A stretch of 64,000 nucleotides of DNA from a virus (taxonomy: Duplodnaviria; Caudoviricetes), in the IMG/VR virus record IMGVR_UViG_3300005512_000025, positions 1,863-65,862 of that record; one strand, 5' to 3'. This document shows, in pieces, positions 18,401-27,557 of this stretch (its first letter is position 1; every line of letters starts with the position of its first letter). The notes beneath the pieces were generated by a model. It was not told the DNA's origin and made no database searches. It saw only the letters and a program-made list of their open reading frames with translations. Position numbers and translations under genes: made by a program.

Positions 18401-21163
18401 TCAGCGCAAGCGGCGACGCTTGAGGCGGGTCATCTCGACCATCATGTTGTTCGCGGTTTGGGTGGGATTGCTGGACTGGACTGTGACGTTCTGGTGGAAC
18501 GTATCGCCGCCAGACATGGAGCCCCTGATTGCTCTCACCATTCCAGACATTCCACCGCCACCAGCACGAGCCGCGTTGGCCTTGGCTGCATGGTTCACGT
18601 TAACACCGCCAGTCGGAATGCTCAGCTGTTGTGTTAGGTGGGCGGGGATGACTGTACCAGAGCTGGGGGCCTTCCACTCCCCAAACGCAGGAGCATTGAT
18701 CATGCTCAGCTTTCCGCTAGCAGACAGGAATGCTTCCCTGCCTAGCTCGTTAACCTGGTAGCTAGTACCGCCAGAGACGGGGCCACCAGCAAATCGAGCA
18801 GACAGTCCGCCACTGTCCGAGGTACTGGAAGACCTCTGCGCTGCCTTGGCTGCGTTCAACTGTCGCTGCGCTGCAGCTGCGTCACGAAGAGAGTCCGCCA
18901 GGCGGTCAACTTGAATCTTCGTCGCAGAGTACTCGCCCATCAAGTCATTAACAAGGTTGATCTGTTCGCTCACTTCCGCGTTGGTCAGGTCGATCTCATT
19001 CTTCATGTTCTTGACGCCAGCAGTTGTTTTGTCGATTGCTTCGAGTTCATCTTGTCTTTTGCTCTTGACATCCTCGAGCTGCTGCTTGTTCTCGTCGTAT
19101 TTGGCAATGATGTCATCAACCGCGTCATTGTGTCGCTCCTGTTCAGCCGTTTCTTCTTTTTTCTGCTTCAACCTGAGTTCGGCTTTTTTCGTCAGCGCGT
19201 CTTCGATCTTCTCCTGTTGATTCATCCTGGACAACCTGGCCTGAGCGTTCAGCAGCTCTTCCTGGCTGAGTTTGCCTGAACTAATCTTGGCCTGGAGCTG
19301 TTTCTTGTTGAAATCATACAGGGCCTGCTCCTCCTTCGTCCGCTCCCTGAGCTTCCCGATCTCCATGTCGATTGCGGCCACAGCGGCGTCATAGCGCTCG
19401 CCGATCTCGGTCATGCGGTCCCTGTGTGCTGACTTCTCCTCCTCTTCCTTCTCCTTCAGTCCTTCCATGACTAGCTTAATGCTGTCGATCTCGTCCTGGT
19501 AGCGGCCCTTAATAACTTCTTTCATGGCCTTCAGCTTCTCGACTTCCTTGTCCAGAAGGCCCAGCTTTTCCTCGAGCTCCTTATTCATATCGTTGTAGTC
19601 CTCCACCATCTCCTTTCGACCCGCCTCTTGAGCCAGCAGCTTTTGCGCTGCTGTGATCTCTCCGATCTTACCTGCGGTGCCCTCCATGGCCGTATTCAGA
19701 TCTTCCTGCTCTTCCTTCGCCTGGTTGACTACATGATTAAAGCCAACATAGGCCGCGGCGCCTGCTGCAACTGCGAGCGCAATCTGCCCCCAATTGCCCA
19801 TCAATCCGTTGAAGACAACGGCCGCAGCGTTGGCGACGTTCTGCATGGTCGCGACACCCTGAATAGCGGTTGCAACTAGCTTGATTCCACCAACGATTGA
19901 ACCCCAGTTATTTACGACGAAGAAAGCCGCTGCAGCAGCTGTTGCGCCCACGAAAGCGCCAGCAATCTCAGTAAGGTTCTCGGCAACCACCTTGATACCT
20001 TCGGCGAAGGCCTTCATTGAGCCTGAGACAATACCTCCGAACGCCTTGTCGACTGCATTGAACGTCTCGACCATCTCCTTGGCGAGCTTCTGGAACGAGG
20101 CCTCAATCGCAGCCAGTCGTCCCTGGAAGGTCTCCTGCATACGCTCGGCGATCTCCAGGAAAGCAGAGCCCTCTCCAGTCAAGTTAGTCAAAGCGTCCCT
20201 GACGAGATCAAAACCAATAGCGCCCTCTGAGGCCATCTTCTTGAGTTCAGCCACAGTTTTCCCCGTCACTTTACTCATCTCATCCCAGATAGGAATACCC
20301 TGGATCGCGAATTGTGTTAAGTCACGGGTATAGGCCTGGCCCTGCGCGGCGATCTGTCCAAGGTTTCTAGCAAGCAGATTGATGTCGCCGCCAGTTGCGG
20401 CTGCTACGATACCAAGCTGATTTGTCGCATCAACGGCCTCATCGGTCTCCATCCCGAATGCCATCATGATTTTACCCGCGGTTGCGACCTGCTCCAGGTT
20501 GAAGGGCGTCTGAGCGGCAATCTTCACAAAGTCGTCAAAAGCCGCGTCCGCAGCCTCTGCACTACCCGTAAAAGCCTCCATCTGCAGCGAGAGGACTTCC
20601 ATTCTGCCAGCAGTATCAGCGAACTCGCCAACACCGCGAGCCATTCCCATCAAGGCCCCCGTAGCAGCGTTAGCCAACGTCTGAACCAGAGTAAACTTAC
20701 CGATGACACCTGTCGCTTGCTGTTGGAGCTGCTTAAGAGCTCCCCCGACTGTCATCTTCTTCAGCTCACCCTGAGCCTCCTTGATGCGCTGAGCCACCAG
20801 TTTCCAGTCGCTCGAAACCTTGCCTGTCTTTTCGCTAATCTTTGTTGTATTGCCCTGAATTTCCTTAAGTTTGCTGATCTGTCGCTTAAGTTGATTAGGA
20901 GTCTTTCCCCACTTGCCATTGATCGCGTCAGCGGCCTCCGCCAACCTTTTTGACTCCTGATTAATGTTCTGAACCTTTTTTGCTACCAGTTCACCGTTCT
21001 TTAAGTTGATTTCAACCGTGGTCTGCAAGTCTTGCCCAAAAGCTTTATTTAATTCGCTCTTCGCCTTCGAGGCACCAGCGTCAAAAGCCTGGAAGAACTC
21101 ATTGATCGACGATACGGCCGTGTTAGTATCGACAGCAAGGTTGAAGTTAAGATTTTGCGCCAC
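18401..21163 (-). CDS. Tape measure protein
   Basis: True start GTG 21163 (MAQNLNFNLAVDT), below late motif and terminator; AAQTPFNLEQV...GRQAYTRDL-type core, long coiled coils, C-terminal RFAGGPVSGG..Y.VNELGRE. Confidence 0.9.
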   Translation of the reverse strand: MAQNLNFNLAVDTNTAVSSINEFFQAFDAGASKAKSELNKAFGQDLQTTVEINLKNGELVAKKVQNINQESKRLAEAADAINGKWGKTPNQLKRQISKLKEIQGNTTKISEKTGKVSSDWKLVAQRIKEAQGELKKMTVGGALKQLQQQATGVIGKFTLVQTLANAATGALMGMARGVGEFADTAGRMEVLSLQMEAFTGSAEAADAAFDDFVKIAAQTPFNLEQVATAGKIMMAFGMETDEAVDATNQLGIVAAATGGDINLLARNLGQIAAQGQAYTRDLTQFAIQGIPIWDEMSKVTGKTVAELKKMASEGAIGFDLVRDALTNLTGEGSAFLEIAERMQETFQGRLAAIEASFQKLAKEMVETFNAVDKAFGGIVSGSMKAFAEGIKVVAENLTEIAGAFVGATAAAAAFFVVNNWGSIVGGIKLVATAIQGVATMQNVANAAAVVFNGLMGNWGQIALAVAAGAAAYVGFNHVVNQAKEEQEDLNTAMEGTAGKIGEITAAQKLLAQEAGRKEMVEDYNDMNKELEEKLGLLDKEVEKLKAMKEVIKGRYQDEIDSIKLVMEGLKEKEEEEKSAHRDRMTEIGERYDAAVAAIDMEIGKLRERTKEEQALYDFNKKQLQAKISSGKLSQEELLNAQARLSRMNQQEKIEDALTKKAELRLKQKKEETAEQERHNDAVDDIIAKYDENKQQLEDVKSKRQDELEAIDKTTAGVKNMKNEIDLTNAEVSEQINLVNDLMGEYSATKIQVDRLADSLRDAAAAQRQLNAAKAAQRSSSTSDSGGLSARFAGGPVSGGTSYQVNELGREAFLSASGKLSMINAPAFGEWKAPSSGTVIPAHLTQQLSIPTGGVNVNHAAKANAARAGGGGMSGMVRAIRGSMSGGDTFHQNVTVQSSNPTQTANNMMVEMTRLKRRRLR

Positions 21164-21196
21164 GTCGAGACCAAAGCTACTTATAGCCTTCCCATG

Positions 21197-21221
21197 AAAA
21201 AGAGCCCCCGAAAGGGCTCTT
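21197..21221 (-). terminator. Rho-independent terminator after tail tube extension
   Basis: AAGAGCCC-TTTC-GGGGGCTCTTTT. Confidence 0.8.
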
Positions 21222-21255
21222 GTGGGTTGTGCCGTAAGTATCGCGGTTACGGGCT

Positions 21256-21513
21256 TCAGGCAACGGATGCGACGCGTGCGGTAGCAACACCAGATCCAGC
21301 AGTTTCGCTGATTGTGATGATGTTTCCGACGGCGTATCCTGAACCAGGGGCGGTGATGGTAACTGCTGTAATGTTGCCAGAACCGTCGGTGTCGACGGTG
21401 GCGTCTGCAGCAGTACCGCCTCCCCCAGCGATGTCGACAGCAAGAGCAGAACCAGAAAGCGCAAAGGCTGAGGTAGTGTTCAAGGTGTCGACGGAGGCGA
21501 TACCTCCAGTCAG
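21256..21513 (-). CDS. In-frame C-terminal extension of the tail tube protein (candidate amber readthrough)
   Basis: Same frame as 21514-22080, directly after TAG; LTGGIASVDTL...NITAVTITAPGSGYAVGNIITISE. Confidence 0.6.
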   Translation of the reverse strand: MTGGIASVDTLNTTSAFALSGSALAVDIAGGGGTAADATVDTDGSGNITAVTITAPGSGYAVGNIITISETAGSGVATARVASVA

Positions 21514-22080
21514 CTAAGCCTGGAGAGTCAGGTGGTAAGGACCGTAGCCAGTCAGGGTGCATTCCCAGGACACGATGCTGGTCACTTCGTTGGACTCAGT
21601 GTAGCCAGTCAGGGTGCCGTAGCCAACGATCTCCTCGGTGGTTCCAGTAGGACCAACACGCTTGAAGGCAACACGCAGGCCGTCAGCCACGGTGTTTTGC
21701 TCAGTCAGACGGAGGATCTTGTAGCCAGCGTCGCCGAAATCAGCGATACCAGCAAGGGAGATGCTGAAGCTCTTGGTAGTAGCCACGGACTGGTTGAAGC
21801 CAGAGGTCGCATCATCGTAGGTGTAGATGTCCTCAGTTCCCGTGTCGGTCTCCAGGGAGGCGGAGGTCAGGCCAGACAGACGAACAGCATCGTCGGTGCC
21901 GTCCATGGTGAAGGCCACAGAGTTCACTGTGAAGATACCGTTGCTGTAAGCAACCGTGTGAGCAGCGTCGACGGGAGTAGCGGTGTCAACGGTAGGAGCA
22001 CTAGAGAAGTCCGTGACCAGGCTGTTCTGGACAGGGACGATGTAGAAGTCGTAGCCGAAAGCGGCTGAGAAGTTTGCCAT
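21514..22080 (-). CDS. Major tail (tube) protein
   Basis: 188 aa with high-expression codons; LSGLTSASLETDT...SVATTKSFSISLAG...VSWECTLTGYG, TP901/lambda-like tube pattern. Confidence 0.85.
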   Translation of the reverse strand: MANFSAAFGYDFYIVPVQNSLVTDFSSAPTVDTATPVDAAHTVAYSNGIFTVNSVAFTMDGTDDAVRLSGLTSASLETDTGTEDIYTYDDATSGFNQSVATTKSFSISLAGIADFGDAGYKILRLTEQNTVADGLRVAFKRVGPTGTTEEIVGYGTLTGYTESNEVTSIVSWECTLTGYGPYHLTLQA

Positions 22081-22159
22081 AGTAGAAACGGGAAAAACCC
22101 GTACGAAGGTACCTCGGACCTTCTCGGCCCGTCTATCTTATATTGCCAAAGGGGTGAAA

Positions 22160-22597
22160 TTAGGCTGCCAGAATTGGCATATCGGATCGGATCATGATCT
22201 TGGTCTGGACCAGCGAGCCAAGTCCGTCCGCAGTTGCCACCGTCTGCACCGCCTGAGACCCCAGGAAGCGGCTGCAAGCCCTTTCCGCAGCAGATTGAAG
22301 GTCAGCGCCCTTGGCAGGCTCCCAAGCCACCAGGAAGACGCTCCAGTTGACCGTCAGCCGTGCAGCATCGTTGCTGATATACTCGCTCTTGATGAAGTCG
22401 CCAGCATCCTGGATAATGCACTCAACGCCACTCACGTTGCGCAATGCAGGCATGTCCTCGCCCGCTGAAACGATAGAAATCGCCGTGATCTGCTGACCAG
22501 CCTTGAACTCGTACGTGCCAAGCAGACCCGTAAAGGTAGTATCGGCTGCCAGGACGTCGTAAATCGCCTGTGCAGTTGTCGGGAATTGTTGCGCCAC
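22160..22597 (-). CDS. Tail terminator/completion protein
   Basis: 145 aa upstream of the tube gene; IYDVLAADTTFTGLLG N-terminus. Confidence 0.65.
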   Translation of the reverse strand: MAQQFPTTAQAIYDVLAADTTFTGLLGTYEFKAGQQITAISIVSAGEDMPALRNVSGVECIIQDAGDFIKSEYISNDAARLTVNWSVFLVAWEPAKGADLQSAAERACSRFLGSQAVQTVATADGLGSLVQTKIMIRSDMPILAA

Positions 22598-22719
22598 AGG
22601 CCCAAAATAGCTATTTTAGTGTTCCTTACTTGGTAGAATAGGGGCAAGACAAACCACGGAGGCTTTAATGCTGAAGAACGAATACGCATTTCGTGGTGAC
22701 GTCTCAATAACTATCTGAG

Positions 22720-23163
22720 ATGCACTCCTCCCAGGATTTCCTCCCCGTTTATGAGAGGGTTTCAGATTACTTACACAGCATGTCTGCCTTGACTCGCGGC
22801 GAAGCCCGTCGCCAATGGCGCCAATCTATCAAAGACGCCTGGAACAACCGTTGTGCCTATTGTGGCAAGCCTCCAATCGACGACGACAGCTTAACAGTAG
22901 ATCACGTCCGCCCAAAGTCCAGTGGTGGCGAAGACAAGACCAGCAACTGCATCCCCGCCTGCCGTGAATGCAACCAGGACAAGTCATCCCAGCAATGGGT
23001 CGCCTGGTTCCGTATGCAGCCGTTCTATACCATTGAGTCAGAGTGGCGTATTCGCCAGTGGCTGAAGGGTGGCATTCAAGGGTTTGGGCAGTACTCGGAA
23101 GAAGACGCCAGGATCGTCGACCAGTACATCAACGAAATCGGCACCTCCTGGCCTATGGGGTGA
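22720..23163 (+). CDS. HNH endonuclease
   Basis: RCAYCG...LTVDHVRPKSSGG...NCIPACRECNQDK. Confidence 0.9.
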   Translation: MHSSQDFLPVYERVSDYLHSMSALTRGEARRQWRQSIKDAWNNRCAYCGKPPIDDDSLTVDHVRPKSSGGEDKTSNCIPACRECNQDKSSQQWVAWFRMQPFYTIESEWRIRQWLKGGIQGFGQYSEEDARIVDQYINEIGTSWPMG

Positions 23164-23775
23164 GGACCTCGTCCTCCCTCGCTATGACCTTAGTCTCGAC
23201 AAAGGGTACTCGGAGCCTAACTTCGGTGCCCTTTGTTGATGTAAAGACCCTTGTCTGATCCCCAGCAGACTCAAGGGCAATCAGCATACCCGTGTAGCCA
23301 CCGCCTTGCTGTGGTTCTGGGTGCAACAGAATGGCATCCTCGGCTATCAGAGCAGGCTCTCCAGGGACGTATCCCGAAGCAGCATGGGCGGCCATGTCCT
23401 TGTAGCAGAACAACGCCCAGGACGGCAGCAGTTTGCGCTTAAGAAGCTCCAAGTAGGCTGCTCCGTTGTATCCCTCGGGCTTCTCCCCAGCCGTTTTTGG
23501 CTTGTAAAAGCTGAAGTCCAGGTAGCTGTATGGCTTGCTTTGCTTCTTCTGATCCCTTTGACTGTTCGCGTATATCGAGGACAGCATGGCGACAGGCCTT
23601 TCGCTGTCGTGAAGCCTGCGATGATACACAGACAAGCCCCTGTTAACAGCTGCTACCACATAACCCCAGGGAAGGGTCCCGTAGTTGTCTAAGGAGAATT
23701 CGGGATCGCCAGGAAAGGTTGACTTGAGGATCCAATAGAACTCCTCAAAGTCGTACCCTTCGTCCTGGCTAATTA
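23153..23775 (-). CDS. Tail assembly chaperone, -1 frameshift (gpGT-like) extension
   Basis: Open -1 frame GKVISQDEGYDFEEFYW... with no start of its own, entered at GGGAAAG. Confidence 0.8.
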
Positions 23776-24294
23776 CTTTCCCTCGGCACCGCCTTCCTGT
23801 TTGACTGCAGCGGTCAAGGCCTCGGTAGAGCGTTGATCTTCTTCGTAGTACAGGATGGCCAGGTCCCGAAGAAGGTCTGGGTGCAGGTCCATCGACTGCT
23901 CTACAGTCCAAGAGTCGTCAACGCGACAGATGATCAACACCGTGGCCTGGACGAGGTTCACCCGCTCCTGGTACGACATCAGGTCGACCATGCAGGCAAG
24001 AATCTCCTCCTCGTAAGCACCCATGTAGTCAGGGCGAGAGGGCTTCATCAGGTCCTCCATGACCTGCAGCTGCTGAATGCCTGTTTCGCGGGCAATACGA
24101 CCGCCAAGAGCATACATAGCACGCATAGACTCATCACCCTGCGTGGTCTGCTGCACCATGGCCTTCTCAGACACCGACAGATACCCACGGCGCTCGATCT
24201 CGAGAATACCGCTCTCTTCGCTACCCACTTTCTCGACGATAGGCTGCAAACGAGGCTGTACTACGAACGGGAGCCCCTTCTTCTTGCGTGCCAT
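23773..24294 (-). CDS. Tail assembly chaperone (gpG-like)
   Basis: 173 aa ending GGAEGK* on the slippery heptamer. Confidence 0.8.
   Translation of the reverse strand: MARKKKGLPFVVQPRLQPIVEKVGSEESGILEIERRGYLSVSEKAMVQQTTQGDESMRAMYALGGRIARETGIQQLQVMEDLMKPSRPDYMGAYEEEILACMVDLMSYQERVNLVQATVLIICRVDDSWTVEQSMDLHPDLLRDLAILYYEEDQRSTEALTAAVKQEGGAEGK
23776..23782 (-). other. Programmed -1 frameshift site G GGA AAG
   Basis: Heptamer identical to the lambda G-T slippery site, immediately before the TAA of 23773-24294. Confidence 0.85.
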
Positions 24295-24321
24295 GGTTAA
24301 CTAAAATCTGGGCTAGGATAC

Positions 24322-24810
24322 CTATCCGAACTGTGCTGTCCAGGCCTCACTCACGCCCTTGTTGAACGGTGTTTCGATGTCAAACTTGGGCTGCCCGTGA
24401 GTGCCTTCAAGTACCGCCTGAACCCACGGCCTAGCAGGAATCAGGACATCAGCAGCGCTTTTGTTACCGTACGGCTTCATGAGGCCACCATAATGAACAA
24501 AGGCCGCATACGGGGTCTTGTAGATGACCTGGAACCCGACCTTGGTCTGGTTGAACGTTGTTTTGATGCTCAGGGACTCCATGAGGCGCCCTGTGTCAAT
24601 AATATCACGGGTCCCTGTGGTCCAGGCCCAGTCAGAGCCGATGGAGTTGTCCAAGGCTACTCTGAGACCCCGCTCCACGTAGGTAGAGCCCTTCTGAGCC
24701 CCCTTTGTGATGGCCTTGTTGACTGCAGCCTTCATCTTCTTGCTATCAGCCTTGCCCTGCACTTTGGGCATCTTGATTTCCAGCTTCTGGCTAAACTTGA
24801 ATTGCGCCAT
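24322..24810 (-). CDS. HK97 gp10-like neck/tail protein
   Basis: RDIIDTGRLMESL...YAAFVHYG...PARPWV motifs. Confidence 0.7.
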   Translation of the reverse strand: MAQFKFSQKLEIKMPKVQGKADSKKMKAAVNKAITKGAQKGSTYVERGLRVALDNSIGSDWAWTTGTRDIIDTGRLMESLSIKTTFNQTKVGFQVIYKTPYAAFVHYGGLMKPYGNKSAADVLIPARPWVQAVLEGTHGQPKFDIETPFNKGVSEAWTAQFG

Positions 24811-24812
24811 AA

Positions 24813-25322
24813 TTAGTTCTGCAGGTCACCGCCTGTCAGCTGCAGCTCAACGCCGCCGATCTCCTTGTAGATGATTTCATCGATGCCCAGGCCGCCGTAT
24901 TGGCCGCTAGAGCGCTGAATCTTAGCCGCGGACATGATTGGATCCTGGCCAAAGCGGAATTTACACTCAGTTCCAGTTGCCAGCCATGTATATTGCGTCG
25001 TAACCTGTGCAAAAGTCAGCACAGACTCATCAGAAGTCTCTAAATCCCAGTTGCTGGGTACATTTACCCACTCTAGAGCATAGCCACGGTAGTAGAACTG
25101 GTCTCCAGACGCACCAGGCATCATTTCGCCATCAAGCTGAGACGGAATAGGGATCATTTTCGATCCCGAGGACACTCCAGAATACTGCTGACGGGAAAGA
25201 AAGCACTTAACAAGGTACGAATCCCCTGCGGCCTCTACCCAGCGCCCATCAACAAGGCTTACAGCGCCCTGCGAAGGCACCAGAATACGTGCATTGGCGT
25301 AACTAAGAAGTGGAGATGCCAT
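24813..25322 (-). CDS. Head-tail connector/closure protein
   Basis: 169 aa in the head-tail cluster; late motif at 25341-25350. Confidence 0.55.
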   Translation of the reverse strand: MASPLLSYANARILVPSQGAVSLVDGRWVEAAGDSYLVKCFLSRQQYSGVSSGSKMIPIPSQLDGEMMPGASGDQFYYRGYALEWVNVPSNWDLETSDESVLTFAQVTTQYTWLATGTECKFRFGQDPIMSAAKIQRSSGQYGGLGIDEIIYKEIGGVELQLTGGDLQN

Positions 25323-25393
25323 AATACGCCTTTATCTTGTCTAGTATTCCGCGCGGCGGCGATTTATAGTGTCACTCGCGCCATGCGCTCGCG

Positions 25394-25966
25394 TCACTTG
25401 CGGCATTTACCGCATGAGCAGAGGCTTGTTTGCCAGTTCTTGGTTTCAGTGAACTGGGACTGATAGGCTAGCGCCTCCTCGAGAGTATGCCAGGAGCCGT
25501 GATACTTGCCGTCCATGCGGAACGTGTAAGAACCTCGGTCCAGGGTGACGCATCCACGCCTGTGGGTAGTGGTACCATCGAGCAGGAGCTGCTGCTTTGC
25601 CTGGAGAACTTCTTCTTCGGTCTGGCACTGCTTGACAATCTTTTGTTTGATCCGCAGTTCCCAGGATCCACGCTGGTGATAGATCCGAGGCTCGAAGTGG
25701 CGGGCACGTTGATTGTTGTTCTGAGCTCCTCTGCTAGCCCAAATGCAGTTCCATGGGGCGTAGGGGCCATCGTTGTCTTTTCGCTCGATAGAGAAGCCCT
25801 CAGGACGCTCTCCCATGTCTCTGACGAACGTCCAGAAGTCGTTCCACTCACTGGCAAGGTAGATTCCGCGTCCGCCGTAATTGGAATAGGCCTTGCAGCG
25901 CGGATTGTTACACCGCTGGCGAATCGCTTTCCAGGTGTCGTAGAGGTAGTGCTCCTTGCACTTCAT
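25394..25966 (-). CDS. HNH homing endonuclease-like protein
   Basis: YDTWKAIRQRC...YGGRGI...DMGERP...SIERKDNDGPYAPWNC.WA; duplicated AP2-like beta modules at the C-terminus. Confidence 0.85.
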   Translation of the reverse strand: MKCKEHYLYDTWKAIRQRCNNPRCKAYSNYGGRGIYLASEWNDFWTFVRDMGERPEGFSIERKDNDGPYAPWNCIWASRGAQNNNQRARHFEPRIYHQRGSWELRIKQKIVKQCQTEEEVLQAKQQLLLDGTTTHRRGCVTLDRGSYTFRMDGKYHGSWHTLEEALAYQSQFTETKNWQTSLCSCGKCRK

Positions 25967-26009
25967 TTGCCACAGGCTTAACTACCTCTAGTATACCATA
26001 AACGTGTGG

Positions 26010-26183
26010 TTACTGCCTACAGCGTCCGCAGGACTCTATCTCACCTTTAACATATTTGGCGTATGCTGCGTTCATTTTACGCCAATCATCACAACCAAGG
26101 CACCAAACATCGCAGGTATCGCCTTTAGCGACCTCTGCCATGAGCTTGTTAACCTCTGGGCTGTTTTCAGGATGACCAGACAT
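26010..26183 (-). CDS. Small zinc-finger-like protein
   Basis: Read by hand: MSGHPENSPE...WCLGCDDW...ESCGRCRQ, 57 aa. Confidence 0.55.
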   Translation of the reverse strand: MSGHPENSPEVNKLMAEVAKGDTCDVWCLGCDDWRKMNAAYAKYVKGEIESCGRCRQ

Positions 26184-26222
26184 GGGTTGAAAACCGTAAA
26201 AATACTGTTAAAGTCTACCGAA

Positions 26223-26474
26223 TCAGCACTTCCAACGACGACGTGCAGCTCTTCCGCGTTCTCCTGTCCAGCCACGCGAACGAGCGCAGAATGATTTGCG
26301 ACGTTTTGCATCCTTACTGCCAGGTTTTACCTTGCCAGTTACAGGTGCCTTCAGGTTGGAACCAGTTTTAGCGTTAATACGCTTCCTTCCTTTGGCCGTA
26401 AGGCCTCCTTTCTTAGACTTACAGCCATTCTTGATGCCGCAGCCTTTCATTGCACCCTTTTTCTTGGCAGCCAT
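26223..26474 (-). CDS. Basic conserved phage protein (DUF6321-like)
   Basis: GGLTAKGR...GSNLKAPV...RRKSFCAR. Confidence 0.75.
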   Translation of the reverse strand: MAAKKKGAMKGCGIKNGCKSKKGGLTAKGRKRINAKTGSNLKAPVTGKVKPGSKDAKRRKSFCARSRGWTGERGRAARRRWKC

Positions 26475-26503
26475 TGGTAAAAATCCTTTGATCTAGTGTG
26501 CCG

Positions 26504-26905
26504 TCAGCTACGAATCAGTGGTGTACCACCATTGTAACCACCCATATAGCCACCAAGACAGGAACAAAACGCAAAGTACTGCGCGATTTCACCCTTAGTC
26601 CTCATCATCTCCTTCTGTGGACCACTTGCCTGGCCCTTATCTACCTCCCACTCCAATACATCAGCCTTCACCAGCGTCTTACCCTCAGCATCACCTAAAT
26701 CCTGTGTAGTTTGAGCCGCTTTTGCTGCCTCATACTCAGTCAACAACTCCCTTACGTTCAATACAGCCTGGGCACTCATATCCTCAAGCTGATTACAGCA
26801 GTTGCTTACACAGTCCAGCGTATACGAACCAAATGGCAGACTCAACGCCTCGATAATACGCAGCTCATCGCCCGCTACCCAGTTACCAGTAACATCCAAA
26901 GCCAT
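26504..26905 (-). CDS. Head-tail adaptor-like protein
   Basis: 133 aa with LVKADVLEWE motif, ends GTPLIRS; late motif upstream. Confidence 0.55.
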   Translation of the reverse strand: MALDVTGNWVAGDELRIIEALSLPFGSYTLDCVSNCCNQLEDMSAQAVLNVRELLTEYEAAKAAQTTQDLGDAEGKTLVKADVLEWEVDKGQASGPQKEMMRTKGEIAQYFAFCSCLGGYMGGYNGGTPLIRS

Positions 26906-26950
26906 GAGTCGGCACTCTAAACGGTCATATTAGTATGCCCACCAGGTATA

Positions 26951-27154
26951 ATGAAGGATCTTACTCGCCAACAAATGGTAACCAATTCCCTAGCATTACT
27001 GTTGGCAGTACGTTGCCGCTCAGAAGACGCTACAAAACAACTCCTTGGCCGCTTCTATCACCAGATGTCCGCTAAGCAATCTAAAACCCTCCTCAATCGC
27101 ACCATAATGCTCCTGGAACCACGCGAAAGAGACTGGCTAAAGAGCCTGTACTGA
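26951..27154 (+). CDS. Hypothetical protein
   Basis: 67 aa, divergent from the virion module. Confidence 0.55.
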   Translation: MKDLTRQQMVTNSLALLLAVRCRSEDATKQLLGRFYHQMSAKQSKTLLNRTIMLLEPRERDWLKSLY

Positions 27155-27232
27155 TAAAACCCGTTTCAGTTTTTTTGAAAAATTTTCAGAGGGGGCTGCC
27201 TGAGATACCACCCTGGTGAGTCGGGGGTGGGG

Positions 27233-27246
27233 GGTACAGATGTACT
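27233..27246. promoter_or_regulatory. LexA-box-like palindrome
   Basis: GGTACAGATGTACT fits cyanobacterial RGTAC-NNN-DGTWCB. Confidence 0.5.
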
Positions 27247-27279
27247 ACCCGCCTGCCCTGAGTAATTTTACCCAGTGCC

Positions 27280-27387
27280 TATTGCGAATGGTTCTCAGCA
27301 GTAATTGCGAACGGTTCTCAGTTGGCTCGCTGGCCAGGCATCAGGTTATTGCGAACGGTTCTCAGTAATTACTGCGAACGGTTCTCA
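27280..27387 (+). repeat. Four direct copies of a 17-nt Fur-box-like motif
   Basis: A(T/C)TGCGAA(T/C)GGTTCTCA at 27281, 27304, 27348, 27371. Confidence 0.85.
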
Positions 27388-27406
27388 TCTGGCGAATCTC
27401 GCTAGT

Positions 27407-27460
27407 CTCAGAAAAACTCAGAAAAACTCAGAAAATCCCAGAAAAACCGAAAACGCAGAA
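27407..27460 (+). repeat. 10-bp-phased A-tract tandem repeat
   Basis: CTCAGAAAAA CTCAGAAAAA CTCAGAAAAT CCCAGAAAAA, then degenerate copies. Confidence 0.85.
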
Positions 27461-27557
27461 TGAGTATTTCTACCCCTAGGCAAGGGTCGGGCGATCGGCC
27501 ATACTATGGGCATGGGAGAGGAACACACCTCACTCACTCTCTCTCCCCCACCGACCC

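Noticed and set aside
21164-21562. N-terminal 130 aa of the 1053-aa tape measure ORF, and ORF 21177-21464
   Set aside because: They overlap the tail tube extension, a terminator and a late promoter; Arg/His/Cys-rich nonsense composition; real start is GTG 21163.
23776-23911. Independent start for the 252-aa ORF 23153-23911
   Set aside because: The first 45 codons overlap the chaperone gene and look non-coding; explained by the -1 frameshift.
27280-27460. Repeat arrays as a CRISPR array or mini-array
   Set aside because: Repeats are 10-17 nt with irregular 6-27 nt gaps, no unique spacers of constant length and no cas genes.
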